This document shows positions 37,801 through 49,164 of a stretch of 64,000 bases of DNA, in pieces; position 1 is the stretch's first letter; each line of letters opens with the position of its first letter. This DNA comes from Selaginella moellendorffii. Its lineage: Eukaryota; Plantae; Lycopodiophyta. The position numbers were made by a program, and so were the translations under genes. The notes below the pieces were generated by a model. That model was not told where the DNA came from. It did no database searches and was given only the letters and a program-made list of their open reading frames with translations. The DNA is taken from NCBI RefSeq assembly GCF_000143415.4, contig NW_003314328.1, forward strand, positions 62,001-126,000, given 5' to 3'.

Positions 37801-40502
37801 AGTATTCTGTTATTCAGTACTGCAAAAAAGTTTGTATTGCCCTCCATGTGGCAATATTTTGATTATGTTATTATTATGTACAGGCATCCAATGTGATAAG
37901 ATGGTTTCAATGGTCAGCCACACATGCCTATTATGCACATTCCTGACTAACAATCAAAATAGCTAAATGGTTATTTTCTTTAGGTTTTGGCACTAAAAAA
38001 CATGAATAAGTTTCTTTTATCAATTTCAAATCATTTTATTATAAATGATGGCATCCTTTTGTTTGAGAGGTCTTATGCAAGTGCAGGATGGGATAGGATA
38101 AGTGGATAGTCTATCCCATATGATTTAGACTATACTTCAATATCTGAGAGTGGTAATGAGGAATAATACATAAAAGTATGTAATTTCTTGTTGAGACTAA
38201 GTACTTAAGCATCTAATTGTAAGAATTTTAACACTTTTTAGATTTTAAAGGTTTTGGCAATCCAATTGTTTTTTATTTGTGAATGCACCTAAAGATTTGT
38301 GAAGTCAAAATAATGAATTACTTGGCATTTTTTCTATAGATTTTAAAGCTTGAGGTTCATTGATATAAATTGAAGAAGTATGTACTATTAGATGCCACCA
38401 CTCATCAAGTGAAGCAAGTGTTAATAGTTCTAAACAAAGTCTATAAATAATTATTAGTTGTAAAGCAATCAATAATCACTCATCAACTTTCCTTTATAAG
38501 ACCTAAACACTAAACTCACATCATTGAGTTATATATTTGTCCAACATAAATGTAACACCTAGGTATAAGATATATGAACATAGACAAATACAGACTAAAT
38601 GACCATTCAAATATAATTGAATTGCACTAAAATCACCAACACGTATAACTAATAGCTTTAAGTATAAATGAAGAGGCTAGCTATACATGATCAACACTTA
38701 GCCAAAACTAAAGTGAAGATTATGAGATGAATTTATATTGATACATAATGCATGAATGTGATTATAGGTATCGAAAGCTACTTATCCGCAAGTTCTTTTG
38801 GATATTCTTTCCTTACTGCAACGATAGCAGGAGATTGGTATTATTGAACCTTTATTAGTCCCTTTTGTTCAAGTGTTCATAAATTTGATTTAACATCTAT
38901 ATTTGGCTGGATGAGCATAAAGAAGGAATTTTTAAATATTTATTTAGCAAAGCATATTTGGCCAGGTTTGTTAATTCTCTTTTGCTCTGTCTTACACTGA
39001 CTTGACAATAACTCCTGTGATATTGAGTTTGGTCCCTCAATATTGCTAAATGATAGCTTATTATGTTTACCAAACAACCTTACTATCATGCACCTTTTGT
39101 TAGCTTCATTTAGTCTCAATTGCTATTTATGAGAAGTGTTTAGATTTGTTAATTTGGCATATCTACAGAATGTAGAAATTGTCCTAAACACAATGGTGTT
39201 AGTCTTGTATCCAAATTCACAATCTAGTGCCATTCCATATTTAGTAATATAAACTGAAAAAGTTGATTCACTTTGCATTTTTCCCTTATTTTTTAGAGAT
39301 TTATATGGTTTATATGTTAGAGGAAGTGTAAAAGGAAGTGATGTAGCATGCTAGGGCCCCAAAGGGGAGATATAACTGAAGTTGGTGAAGTTCAAGTGGT
39401 TTTAGTGCTGAGAAGTTCTTGGCAATTATCTCATATACAATGAAAATTTTAGGAACTTGAAGAGCTCAATGAGGGTTTTCCAATGAGCTCAAGATCAAAA
39501 AGATTGGATGTGTGAATTAGAAGATATTCTGAGTTGAAGTTGCAAGAGTGAAGCTTGTGACACGTTTGGGTGTTATGACTTCGTATTCACTCTTTGGGTA
39601 TGGATTTTGGTTACTTTTTTGTACTTTTGTGACTTTAGGCTTGGGTTTATAAGATGAATTGATATGTACCATGGATTGAGGTGTACCATTTGCATGAGTT
39701 TGTGTTTAGGCTGGTGAATGAAGCACATTAGCAACTCAAGGATACACTTTAACTTGACAAAATTAATATTATCCTATCAATGGTTCCATGAGTTGTTTTA
39801 TGTTATTGTAGGTAAAAGTAAACCTCCTTCGGGTTTGTTGAAATGAGGTGGCACTTGATGCTCATATAAATCTTTGTAGTAATGACAAAAGCATTACTTG
39901 TGATATTGCTCAATTGATGATCAAATCATTGTAATACATATCATATCTATGTGATTGTGAGCAATGTGTTTACGAAGTTGCTTGGTTAAACAATGGTCTA
40001 CCCCAAAATGGTTGATAGTGAAAGTAATCTACTTGCATATAGTAATATTGAAGTAGTTTTAACTTAGTTCTCAATGGTGGTCCATTATACTAAGTTTGAG
40101 TTGGTACCTTGGTTCTTGAGAGTTTACCCATTGTAAGAGAATCATAACCACCATGCATTAAGGTAGGGATTTTTGATTGTATGATGTAAATGCAAGTAAT
40201 AAGTTAATATCTTGTTGCAAATCATCTCTCTAAGAAGAAAAAATTATTTACATGTTTGATCCTTTGTCTCTAATGACTCTTTTTTTTGTCTTAATTTGAC
40301 TAAATCTCAAGCTTGTGTTCACATTTCTTTTTAGTCTAATTTAAGAAAATTTTATGAGAGAGCATGGTAATGATTACTTGAACCAATAAAATAATCCACA
40401 CAATCTTGATTGATCCACTTATAATGATGTCGAAAAAAGGTCCACCAATGCCATACTAAATAGCTACAGACTAGCCTATTCACCACTTATAACAAACCTA
40501 AA

Positions 40503-41036
40503 TGTAACGTACGTGGTTTTGACCTTTTATCCTATGGTGATTTACCATAGGATAACACCACGAAGTGGAACCTAAACCCTCTTTATGCCACGTGACATGT
40601 CCAAAGGACAGTGGTACAGAACCCGAGGTTCAAGGCCTTGGGCCACTGAACAAAGGAATGGTGCCAAATTCCCAAGCATGGAGCCTAGGAGCAACGGAAC
40701 CGAACCACGGAGCAACTCACGAGCATATAGCCCAATGAGCAAAGAGACAGGAGCCCGGAGTGACTTGGTACAGTCCTAGAGCAACCAGCATCCCAATGCT
40801 AAGACCAGCATACAAAACAGAGCCAAATGAAGTCTGACACTATTTCGGCATATTGGTGGCTTAATGTAAGGACATGGGTACTCCACCAGTTAGCATAGAA
40901 TGGAACTTGGGCTTATACTCAAGCCGGATGCAAAACAAGGATAGACACGCAAGCAGGAGCTAAATTATGCCTTAGGTTGGTCAGCCATGCTCGACCTACC
41001 CACTATCCCTACTATACATTTGGAACCCCCCACAGC
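40503..41036 (+). repeat. ~530-bp LTR-like dispersed repeat; inverted copy at 48378-48911
   Basis: Begins tgtaac; reverse-complement similarity along its length to 48378-48911; internal hairpin ttatcctatggt-N5-accataggataa. No clear TSD. Confidence 0.7.
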
Positions 41037-41404
41037 CCTAGAATGCTTGCAATGCAAATGTAATATGCATTGTTAGGCAACCCATTCAAGTTTTAGATTA
41101 CTGTCTGAGATGTGGTTTTTAGTTCAGTTTGAAACCAATAGCTATTCCGAGTGATTTGGAACAGCTTCTTCACTAGAACAGAGGTGATGATGATGAAGTG
41201 ATGAATGGATAAAACTCACTATAAATATTTCAAGATGGAATAGAGCCTCCCAATACAGCAGTTAATGACACCATGTTATGCTCACTTCACAAATGTTGGA
41301 ATGTTATAAATTATTATATTTAAAACACAAATAAATTTAAAGCAGCTAAATAATAAGATTGTGATTCAGGAATATCTGACGACTATAAATGTCGAAGTCA
41401 CTAC

Positions 41405-42300
41405 ACAGTGTTGCGGCATTGCTGGCGTCTCAAGCAATCAAGCAAGGAGAATTTTTGCAAGAATGCCTCGACGCAACTGCTTGCTTTGGTTGCTAGGAAC
41501 CATGGAAGCCTGGAAGGATTGGATATCCATGGAATCCCTGCGAGGAACTACCAAATCTCCATTTGCGGCATGACAATGGACTACAAGGTTCCACGATTTA
41601 CGTACGCTTGCAAACTCATCCCAAATCCCGGCCAAACCGAAGCAGAGGCTACTTTTGAGAGAATCGTCCAGCCTCATAACTTGGACTGGGAGTTTTGAGA
41701 GAATGCCAGCGTAGAACGTTGTCTCGTGGACTGCTATGATCGACTCGCTGGGTCAGATGGGTCAGCTCGAGAACGCAAAGACGCTTTTTGATCGGTTTCC
41801 AGAGCTCAATGCTGTGTCTTGGACGGCTATGTTGGCTGCCTATGCCGTGAATGGGCATATGCGAGAGTTCCGAGATTTGTTTGATGATATGCCCGAGCGT
41901 GGTATGGTGAAAAGCCCACGATCCAAGCACTGAGCAAAACCACTCCATGCTGTGGCATTCTCTCGAGCAAAGCCTCAGCCTGTGTGAGATACTCAGTCTG
42001 GGCATAGCCCGTCACCATTATGTTCCAGGACACAGAGTTCCTCTCGGGCATGGCGTTGAACTCGCTGTGCGCTCGCTCCAAAAACCCGTTCTGTGCATAT
42101 GCCGTGACGATGTTGTTCCACGAGAAGACGTTTGGACGCTGGATGCTATCAAACACCGCAGCCGCTTCCTCCACAGCTCCAAACTTGCGACAGATCGTTG
42201 CATGGAGCTGCTGGAGCTTCTCCACACTATAGCAAGGCTGCAAAGCGCTTGCTTGCTTGCATTCCCAAAAGCCAGTCTTCCACTTATCCACTTCAATGGA
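41405..42300. pseudogene. Scrambled remnant of PPR-a (unit 2), segments in both orientations
   Basis: 41930-42300 matches the PPR-a 5' part on minus; 41630-41905 and ~41405-41545 match on plus; ~41553-41600 on minus. Confidence 0.88.
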
Positions 42301-42313
42301 CGAAGAACTACTG

Positions 42314-44760
42314 CTACTCAAAGCTGGTTCTTTGAGGAAGGTCTTGTAATGACCACTCCGAGATACTCGTCCCGGAGATTTGCGGGGAAAAGAAGAGCAA
42401 GTGCGTGTGGAATTTGCGAAGCGTGCTGCGATGCCCAACGCTCATCACACAAGTTCCCGATTCTAGGAGAAGTCGATACAAGTAAGCCTGCGTAGAGTGA
42501 CTAGATCTTAGAAGAGAACCAAAGAGACAAGCTTTTACCTCAGTTGCTTCGTCTATGGCACTGGTTGCTTCATCCAGGAGCGCAAGCTTTGGTTTTGATA
42601 GAAGCAATCGAGCAAAAGCCAGGCGCTGTTGCTCTCCCAGTGACAAGACACTGGACCAGTCGGCATTCGCGTCCAAGTGGAACGAGCGTTCCAGGAGCTG
42701 TTCAAGCTTCACTCTACGCAAGACTTCCATCAAGTCGGCATCGCTGTGCTTGGATTCTGGATCATGAGAGCACACATTTGATAGATTCACGTGTAAAAGA
42801 CCAAAAATTCTCGCTACCTTGATCGTGTTTTTTCTCCCCGTCTGTGCTCCAAGTTGGATATAGCAATTGTTGCCGGAGTGTTCCAAGAGTCATGTATGGC
42901 TTTTGAGGCACGAAGAATACATCCATGGCAGCGTTTCTTGCTATGGTTCCTTGCCCGGATTTCCATAGTCCTGCGATAGCTCTTAAGAACGATGTCTTGC
43001 CACTTCCACTGGGGCCAGTTATCTGGTCTTAAACCCGAGTTATTCATCTGATAGCAACAAAGAAACTTTGAGAAATTCACAGACCAGAAGATTTTGTCCA
43101 GCGATCATCCTGAAAGAGAGCCCCTCGACAAGAGTCAGTGTGTGTTGAGGAGACAACAGTGTCAAGGTCGAAACTTCTATAAGAACCCCGCTTTCCGTGG
43201 TCTCGATCGATTTGATGGTGCTCAGCTCCGAAGCATTCACTACGCCTTGTTGATCCAATATGTCACTGAATTCACCTGTGAATGTAAAGGTAGCTCGAAG
43301 AGAACCAAGCAAACGAAGGAAAGTTTACCCAGGCGATCGACAACCGCGGAGAAGGAACTAAGTGATTGAAACTCGTCCACGACCAAGGAGAGGTCGTAGA
43401 GAACGGAGCTGAAAGCATAGAAAGACTGACTGACGATCCCAAAGTCGACTTTTCCAGCAAAGTAGAACGGAGCCACCACGGCGGCGGGCAGGATTTGGAT
43501 CAAGTTGTTGTAAAAAATTTGGAAAAATCTTAGGTTTCGCGAAGCTATGAGTAGTTTCTGCAAAAACAATGCAGTAGCTTACACTGTCGAAAGAATGACA
43601 ATGGAAAAACCAGCAAAACTTACACTGTAGTTGGAAAAAGCTTGCTTAAAACGTTCCAGCAGCAACTGAAGCTCATCCTTTTCTCCCCCATAAAACGCGA
43701 TGGACTCTGCATTTTCTCGAACTCTTACCATTCCAAATCGGAAATCTGCCTCACTCTTTTCTTGGACGAAATTCAAGTTCATGAGATCCTGCAAGGAAAC
43801 AGAACGAACTCGCTGAAAACAAAAAGATGAAAATCATACCTTTCCAAGTAGGAAACTAATTCCAGTGCCACCAATGGAGTAAACAAGCAAGACACCAAAC
43901 AGTGGTGGATAAATCCTGTATAGAATTCCGCTGAAAGACGCCAGATCGGTGATGGAATGGAACAAAGTCATGGTAAATACAAGTGCCGTGCGAGTGAACG
44001 AGCCGATATCGTCCACAACTCTCTGATCTGGATTGTCTATGAGTGCCAGAGATTGAATGTTATAGTAGGATCTCTGAGAAAAATACTGAGCCATGTAGCG
44101 TTTCGTCATCCAAGCTCGCCATCGAAGAGCAAGAGTGTCTCGTGCGTATCCGCGGATTACATAAACCTCGAAGACAAGCGAGTTAATTACTCGCTGAAAA
44201 AGGCACAAACATCCAAACGACTTACCGGAAGTGTTGCGACCATAAGCCCCAAATAATAGATCAGGTGCTTGACAAACTCCTCTCGATTCTTATCTGGAGA
44301 AAAGTTTAAAGAAATCTGATAGATCTGGACACACTTACTTGTCAAGGCGTTGTCAAAACTCCTTCCAAGGTAGCTAAATGCCACGCTCGTCCCCGTGGAA
44401 GCAAGCGTAAGAGCAAAAACACTCGATAACCGGAGGATTGCCTGGTTTCCCTCTTTGGAGTCGAGCCAGTAAGGTTGAGCAACTTTGCAAAATCTCCGAA
44501 AGAGTGTTTGAAAGTCTGTAGTTCGTTTCTGCAAAGACAAGGACAATGAGAGCTCAATGAGAATCCAAGAGACTTACTGGTGTTATCAATGGGGACAACT
44601 GCTCCGGATCTTCTTTCACTGCTGCTTCCAGAGCTATAGCATTCACTCGGCGAAGCTTGAGAAACGATATCCTGGATCGAACTATGCAGCGAGCAGAATC
44701 AAGGCCTTGGTTGTAGTGCCGTCTCGATGACACTGCTGGAGCCGACGCTACAAAAGCCAT
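42314..44760 (-). CDS. ABC subfamily D half-transporter, ABCD2-like, copy B
   Basis: Same exon set and motifs as copy A; ends QRTSFE*. Confidence 0.9.
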
Positions 44761-45022
44761 GGCGTTTCCAGCATAGAATTGTTCTCCAGTCAACTCCTAG
44801 CTTGATCTCTTTTTAAAAGGATGGTCCTGTGGATCCCTCCATAAAAATCCCAACTCATGAGATTCATATAGTAGATCAGTTGCTTCGTGAAATCCTCCCA
44901 GTTCTCTGGAAGAAAAAAATCAATGGTATCAGTAAAATCGGACGTCACATAGACCACGGTTCAAAGGTCGTTGCTATACCTCCGTCCAACGAAGCTAACT
45001 CCAATGTTTATAAAAACCTCAC

Positions 45023-47470
45023 CTATGGTCGAGCTCTAGCTCGGTCAGTGATCATCGGTTTCAAAGACGACTCAAATATGTTTGCGAGCAGCACATATGA
45101 TGTCTCACGACCTGGATCAAGTGCAAGAACTTGGCTAGTAACTTTAGCTCCCCTAGCAAGATCATTAAAGTTCTTGCAAGCTCCCAGCAAGCACGTCCAC
45201 TCCATCCTATCGGGATGGAAAGGCATGCTCGAGACAAGCTCCACAGCATCATTCAGATGCCCCGAGCGGCAGAGGACGCTTACGATACAGCAGTAGTGCT
45301 GCTTGCTGGGATTGATGTGATAATCGAGCGTCATGGACAGGAAGCACGATTTGCTCTCTTCAATCCTTCCTAGGTAGCTACACGAGATCAAAGCTGAGAC
45401 GAAACACGTCTCTTCCGGGACATGGATCATCTTCAAGCGATTTAATACATCCAAGCTTGTTGCATGGTTGCCACTGTTGGTGTAACCAGCGAGAAGAACA
45501 CCCCATGACACTAAGTTCTCCTCCGGCAGTGTCTCAAACAGTGCTTCTCCAGCCAGCATATTCCCATTCTGAGTATATGCTCCCAGCATCACATTCCACG
45601 TGAAGGCGTTCCTTTGAGGCATGACGCTGAGCATCACGAGTGATTGATCAAGATGCCCATCTTGGGCATATGCAGATATCATCATCGTTCCCGAGGCAAC
45701 ATTTCTAAAAGGCATTGAATCAAATACGTGTTTCGCTTTCTCCAAATCATGGAGCTTAATCCACACGGCGAGGATGAGATTCCACGAAAACTGATCTTTC
45801 TCTGGCATCAGATCAAAGATTTCTTCCGACTTCTTTAAATGACCACCTTGGACGAAAGCATCCATGCGTGAGTTCCAGCTTAGAACATCCCACTGAGGCA
45901 TCTGTCCAAACATTCTCTCGGTTTTTTCAAAATCTCCAGTTTGAGAGTACGCAGCTAGAACCGCATTCCAAGACGTGAGATCCCTTCGTGGCATTTGCTG
46001 GAAGTTCTTTTCCACCTCTAACACCTGGCCATGGCGAGAGTAGGCACGAAGGATGGCGTTCCAACACACTAAATCCCGTTCGCGCAACCTATCAAACAGT
46101 TTCTTTGCCTCGTCTAGCTCGCCGTTCTCGGCTAGAATGATCAACATGCACGTCCATGAAACAAGATCCCACTCCACCACCTTTTCAAACAATGTCTTAA
46201 CGTCGTGCATGCGTCCTTGTTGGGCATAGAGTCCCAGCAGTGTCGTCAAGGACACCACGTCTTGCTGTGGCATCTCATCAAATACGTTTTTCGATTCCTC
46301 CAAATACCCGCTTTGTGCAAAACCAGAAAGCATAATGTTCCAGGTTACCAGGTCCCGCTTTGGAAAATCATCGAATAAGAGCTTTGCTTCTTTGACATAC
46401 CCAAAGTGGGCATATCCCGCAAGCATTGCGTTCCAAGACACCACATTTCTCTTCGGCATCTCTTTGAAGATGCTCTCTGCTTCAAAAGTATACCCGTTTT
46501 GGGCATATGCCGTGAGAAGCGTGTTCCACGAGATCAAGTTTACTGACTGGTTCTCATCAAAAACTTTCCTGGCTTCATCTACATGACCGCTTCGCGCATA
46601 CACACGAGTCATAGCGTTCATGGAAGCAGAATTATACTCTGGCATGAAGGCAAAAGTCTTTTCCACAGATTCTATATCCCCAGCCTCGGCATTTAGCGAA
46701 AGCAGCGTCGTGTAAGACACCACGTCTCGAGAAGGCATCGCAGTAAAAAACTCCCTGGCCTCTTCAACATGCCCATTAGTAGCATAAATATCTAGCATTG
46801 CGTTCCAAGAGATTTGATCATACTCCGGCATTTCATGCAAGAAAACATGAACTCCATCCTTCAGATCTTTGCTCGCAGCCAGCAACGAGTTCCAGGCGAC
46901 TAAATCCCGCAGAGGCATTGCCAAAAAGACCGCCTTAGCGTTTTCCAGATGCCTCGCTCGGGCATATACCGCAAGAAAAGAGTTCCAAGACACCAAGTTC
47001 TTCTCTTTCATTTCATCAAAGATTCCCTTCGCATGGTCCGTAGTTTCCGCTTGCGTAGAGACAGCAATCATTGTGTTCCACGACACAAGATCTCTTCCGG
47101 GCATTTTTTCAAAGATCTCCCGACACACCGACAGTTGCCCCGAGCGGGCATATGCCGAAAAGATCGTGTTCCACGACACCATGTCCTTGGCCGCGCTGGG
47201 CATGCCATCGAAAACATCTCGTGCGCCCTCCAAATCGCGATTCTTGCAATGAGAACCAAGCAAGAGATTCCAAGTGAAGGAATCCCAAACCGGCATGGAT
47301 CGAAAGGCGCTGCTGGCATCGCCGGGACTGCCGCAGCGTCCATACATCTCGACGATCTTGTTGCCGAGGAAGATATCCCCAGATCGCAGCGAGCGGTCGA
47401 CGCTGGCGTGGAGATCTCTTGCGCGATCGAGCGAGGCACAGCCTTGGATCTCCCGCAAGTAGCCATCCAT
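45023..47470 (-). CDS. PLS-class PPR protein (PPR-b, unit 2, 815 aa), long 31-aa repeat array, E region, no DYW
   Basis: Intact ORF with ATG; HYCCIVSVLCRSGHLNDA…WTCLLGAC…SYVLLANIF. Confidence 0.93.
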   Translation of the reverse strand: MDGYLREIQGCASLDRARDLHASVDRSLRSGDIFLGNKIVEMYGRCGSPGDASSAFRSMPVWDSFTWNLLLGSHCKNRDLEGARDVFDGMPSAAKDMVSWNTIFSAYARSGQLSVCREIFEKMPGRDLVSWNTMIAVSTQAETTDHAKGIFDEMKEKNLVSWNSFLAVYARARHLENAKAVFLAMPLRDLVAWNSLLAASKDLKDGVHVFLHEMPEYDQISWNAMLDIYATNGHVEEAREFFTAMPSRDVVSYTTLLSLNAEAGDIESVEKTFAFMPEYNSASMNAMTRVYARSGHVDEARKVFDENQSVNLISWNTLLTAYAQNGYTFEAESIFKEMPKRNVVSWNAMLAGYAHFGYVKEAKLLFDDFPKRDLVTWNIMLSGFAQSGYLEESKNVFDEMPQQDVVSLTTLLGLYAQQGRMHDVKTLFEKVVEWDLVSWTCMLIILAENGELDEAKKLFDRLRERDLVCWNAILRAYSRHGQVLEVEKNFQQMPRRDLTSWNAVLAAYSQTGDFEKTERMFGQMPQWDVLSWNSRMDAFVQGGHLKKSEEIFDLMPEKDQFSWNLILAVWIKLHDLEKAKHVFDSMPFRNVASGTMMISAYAQDGHLDQSLVMLSVMPQRNAFTWNVMLGAYTQNGNMLAGEALFETLPEENLVSWGVLLAGYTNSGNHATSLDVLNRLKMIHVPEETCFVSALISCSYLGRIEESKSCFLSMTLDYHINPSKQHYCCIVSVLCRSGHLNDAVELVSSMPFHPDRMEWTCLLGACKNFNDLARGAKVTSQVLALDPGRETSYVLLANIFESSLKPMITDRARARP

Positions 47471-47608
47471 GGATCACTTGTCATAGTTTGACAATGGAAG
47501 CTATGTTCTTGGCAAATCCAGCCATCGCTCGACGCTGGCATGGAGATCTTCCGTACGATCAAGCATGTCTAGTGCAATCCCTAGCGCTCTCATGGATCAC
47601 TGAGGGCG

Positions 47609-48385
47609 ATGCTCAAGAGCGATGAGCACGTCTTGAGCCGGCGCTGCCTGGATCGAATCGACGAGGACATCCAGCGCCTCGATTCCAGCAGCGACAGGGG
47701 GGTGTGCGCCTGGATCGTCAAGCGCTGCAGCAATGCCAGGGCGATCGAGCAGGGGCGCCGGATTCACGCCCACATCACCTCCTCCTCGTCCATGATCAAC
47801 ACGCATTCCTCCAGCGACACATTCCTTCTCAATCTCCTGGTGGAGATGTATGGCAAGTGCTCCAGCCTCGAGGAAGCGCGCCTGGTCTTCGATGGGATCG
47901 CGCATCGCAACGTCTTTAGCTGGACGATCATGCTCGCAGCATATGCCCGGAACGGGCATCTGGCGCAAGCGATCAGTCTCCTGCGAAGAATGGATCACGA
48001 GGGCGTCAATCTGAATGGATCCACTTTCATCGCCATCGCTGCGGCTGGCACCAGGGATCTCCCCCTCCTCCGCTTGATCCACGCCAGGGCCACCGCCACC
48101 AGCACCCGTGATCTTGTCCTCGACAACGTGATGCTCGATTCCTTCGCGCGATTGGGCGCGCTGGAGCTGGCGCAATCCATCTTCGATGCCATGGAGGAGA
48201 AGACCCTCATCTCCTGGAATGCGATGATCGGCGCTTACGCCTGGCTCAGGCACAAGGATTTGGTGCTGTTCCTCTTTCGCACGATGGATCTGGATGGCGT
48301 CCAGCACAACAGGATCACATTTTTCAACGTGATCGCCGGCATCCAGTCAATCGATCGCAGCAAATTTGTCCAGGAGCAGCTATAG
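47609..48385 (+). pseudogene. Truncated copy of PPR-c (unit 2)
   Basis: Matches first ~255 aa of 60631-62658, then breaks at ~48377 into the LTR-like repeat. Confidence 0.9.
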
Positions 48386-48911
48386 AGGGTTCCAAATGTA
48401 TAGTAGGGATAGTGGATAGGTTGGGCATGGCCGACCAACTTGAGGCATAGTCTAACTCCTATTTGCATGTCTGTCTTTGTTTTGAGTCCGGCTTGTGTCT
48501 AAGCTTAAGTTCCACACCATACTAGTTGGTGAAGTACCTATGTCCTTGCGTTAGCTAGTATACCGAAAAAGCGCCAGATTTTGTTTAACTCCGTTTTGTG
48601 TGTTAGTCCTGGCAGTGGGATATTAATTGCTCTAAGACTGTTCTAAGTTGCTCCGTGCTCCTGTCCTTTCGTTCCTTGGGTTGTATGCTTAAGGGTTGCT
48701 CCATGGTTTGGTTCTGTCACTCCTTAGCTCTCCATGTTTAGGGGTTTGGCTACGTACCTTTGTTCAATGGCCTAAGGCCTTGAAACTCAAGTTCCGCACC
48801 ACCGTCCTTGGACATGTGTCATGTGGCATAAAGAGGGTTTAGGTTCTACTTTGTGCTGTTATCCTATGGTAAATCACCATAGGATAAAAGGTCAAAACCA
48901 TATGTGTTACA
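48378..48911 (-). repeat. LTR-like repeat, inverted copy of 40503-41036
   Basis: Ends gttaca; same hairpin ttatcctatggtaaatcaccataggataa. Confidence 0.7.
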
Positions 48912-49164
48912 GACAAAGAGGATTTTAACACTAACAAAGTAAAGTATGAAAACTCAAAGGCCCCAAATCAGCGTCAATCCCTAAATCACAAAATACAATT
49001 GGATGCATTACAAGTTGCATTTTCTCGGATTTCCTTTGTAGGAAAAGTAAACTTTTGTATTTATGTGAATCAATATTGAATCAATCTAATAAATTGTATC
49101 CTCATCCATTTCTTGTTTAGATAGCTTCTAGGATGTTATTCCAACAAGTATAGACCTCTAAAAA

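Noticed and set aside
37900-40500. AT-rich stretch with possible LTR relic near 39340-39600
   Set aside because: No second LTR, TSD or coding motif could be confirmed by eye.
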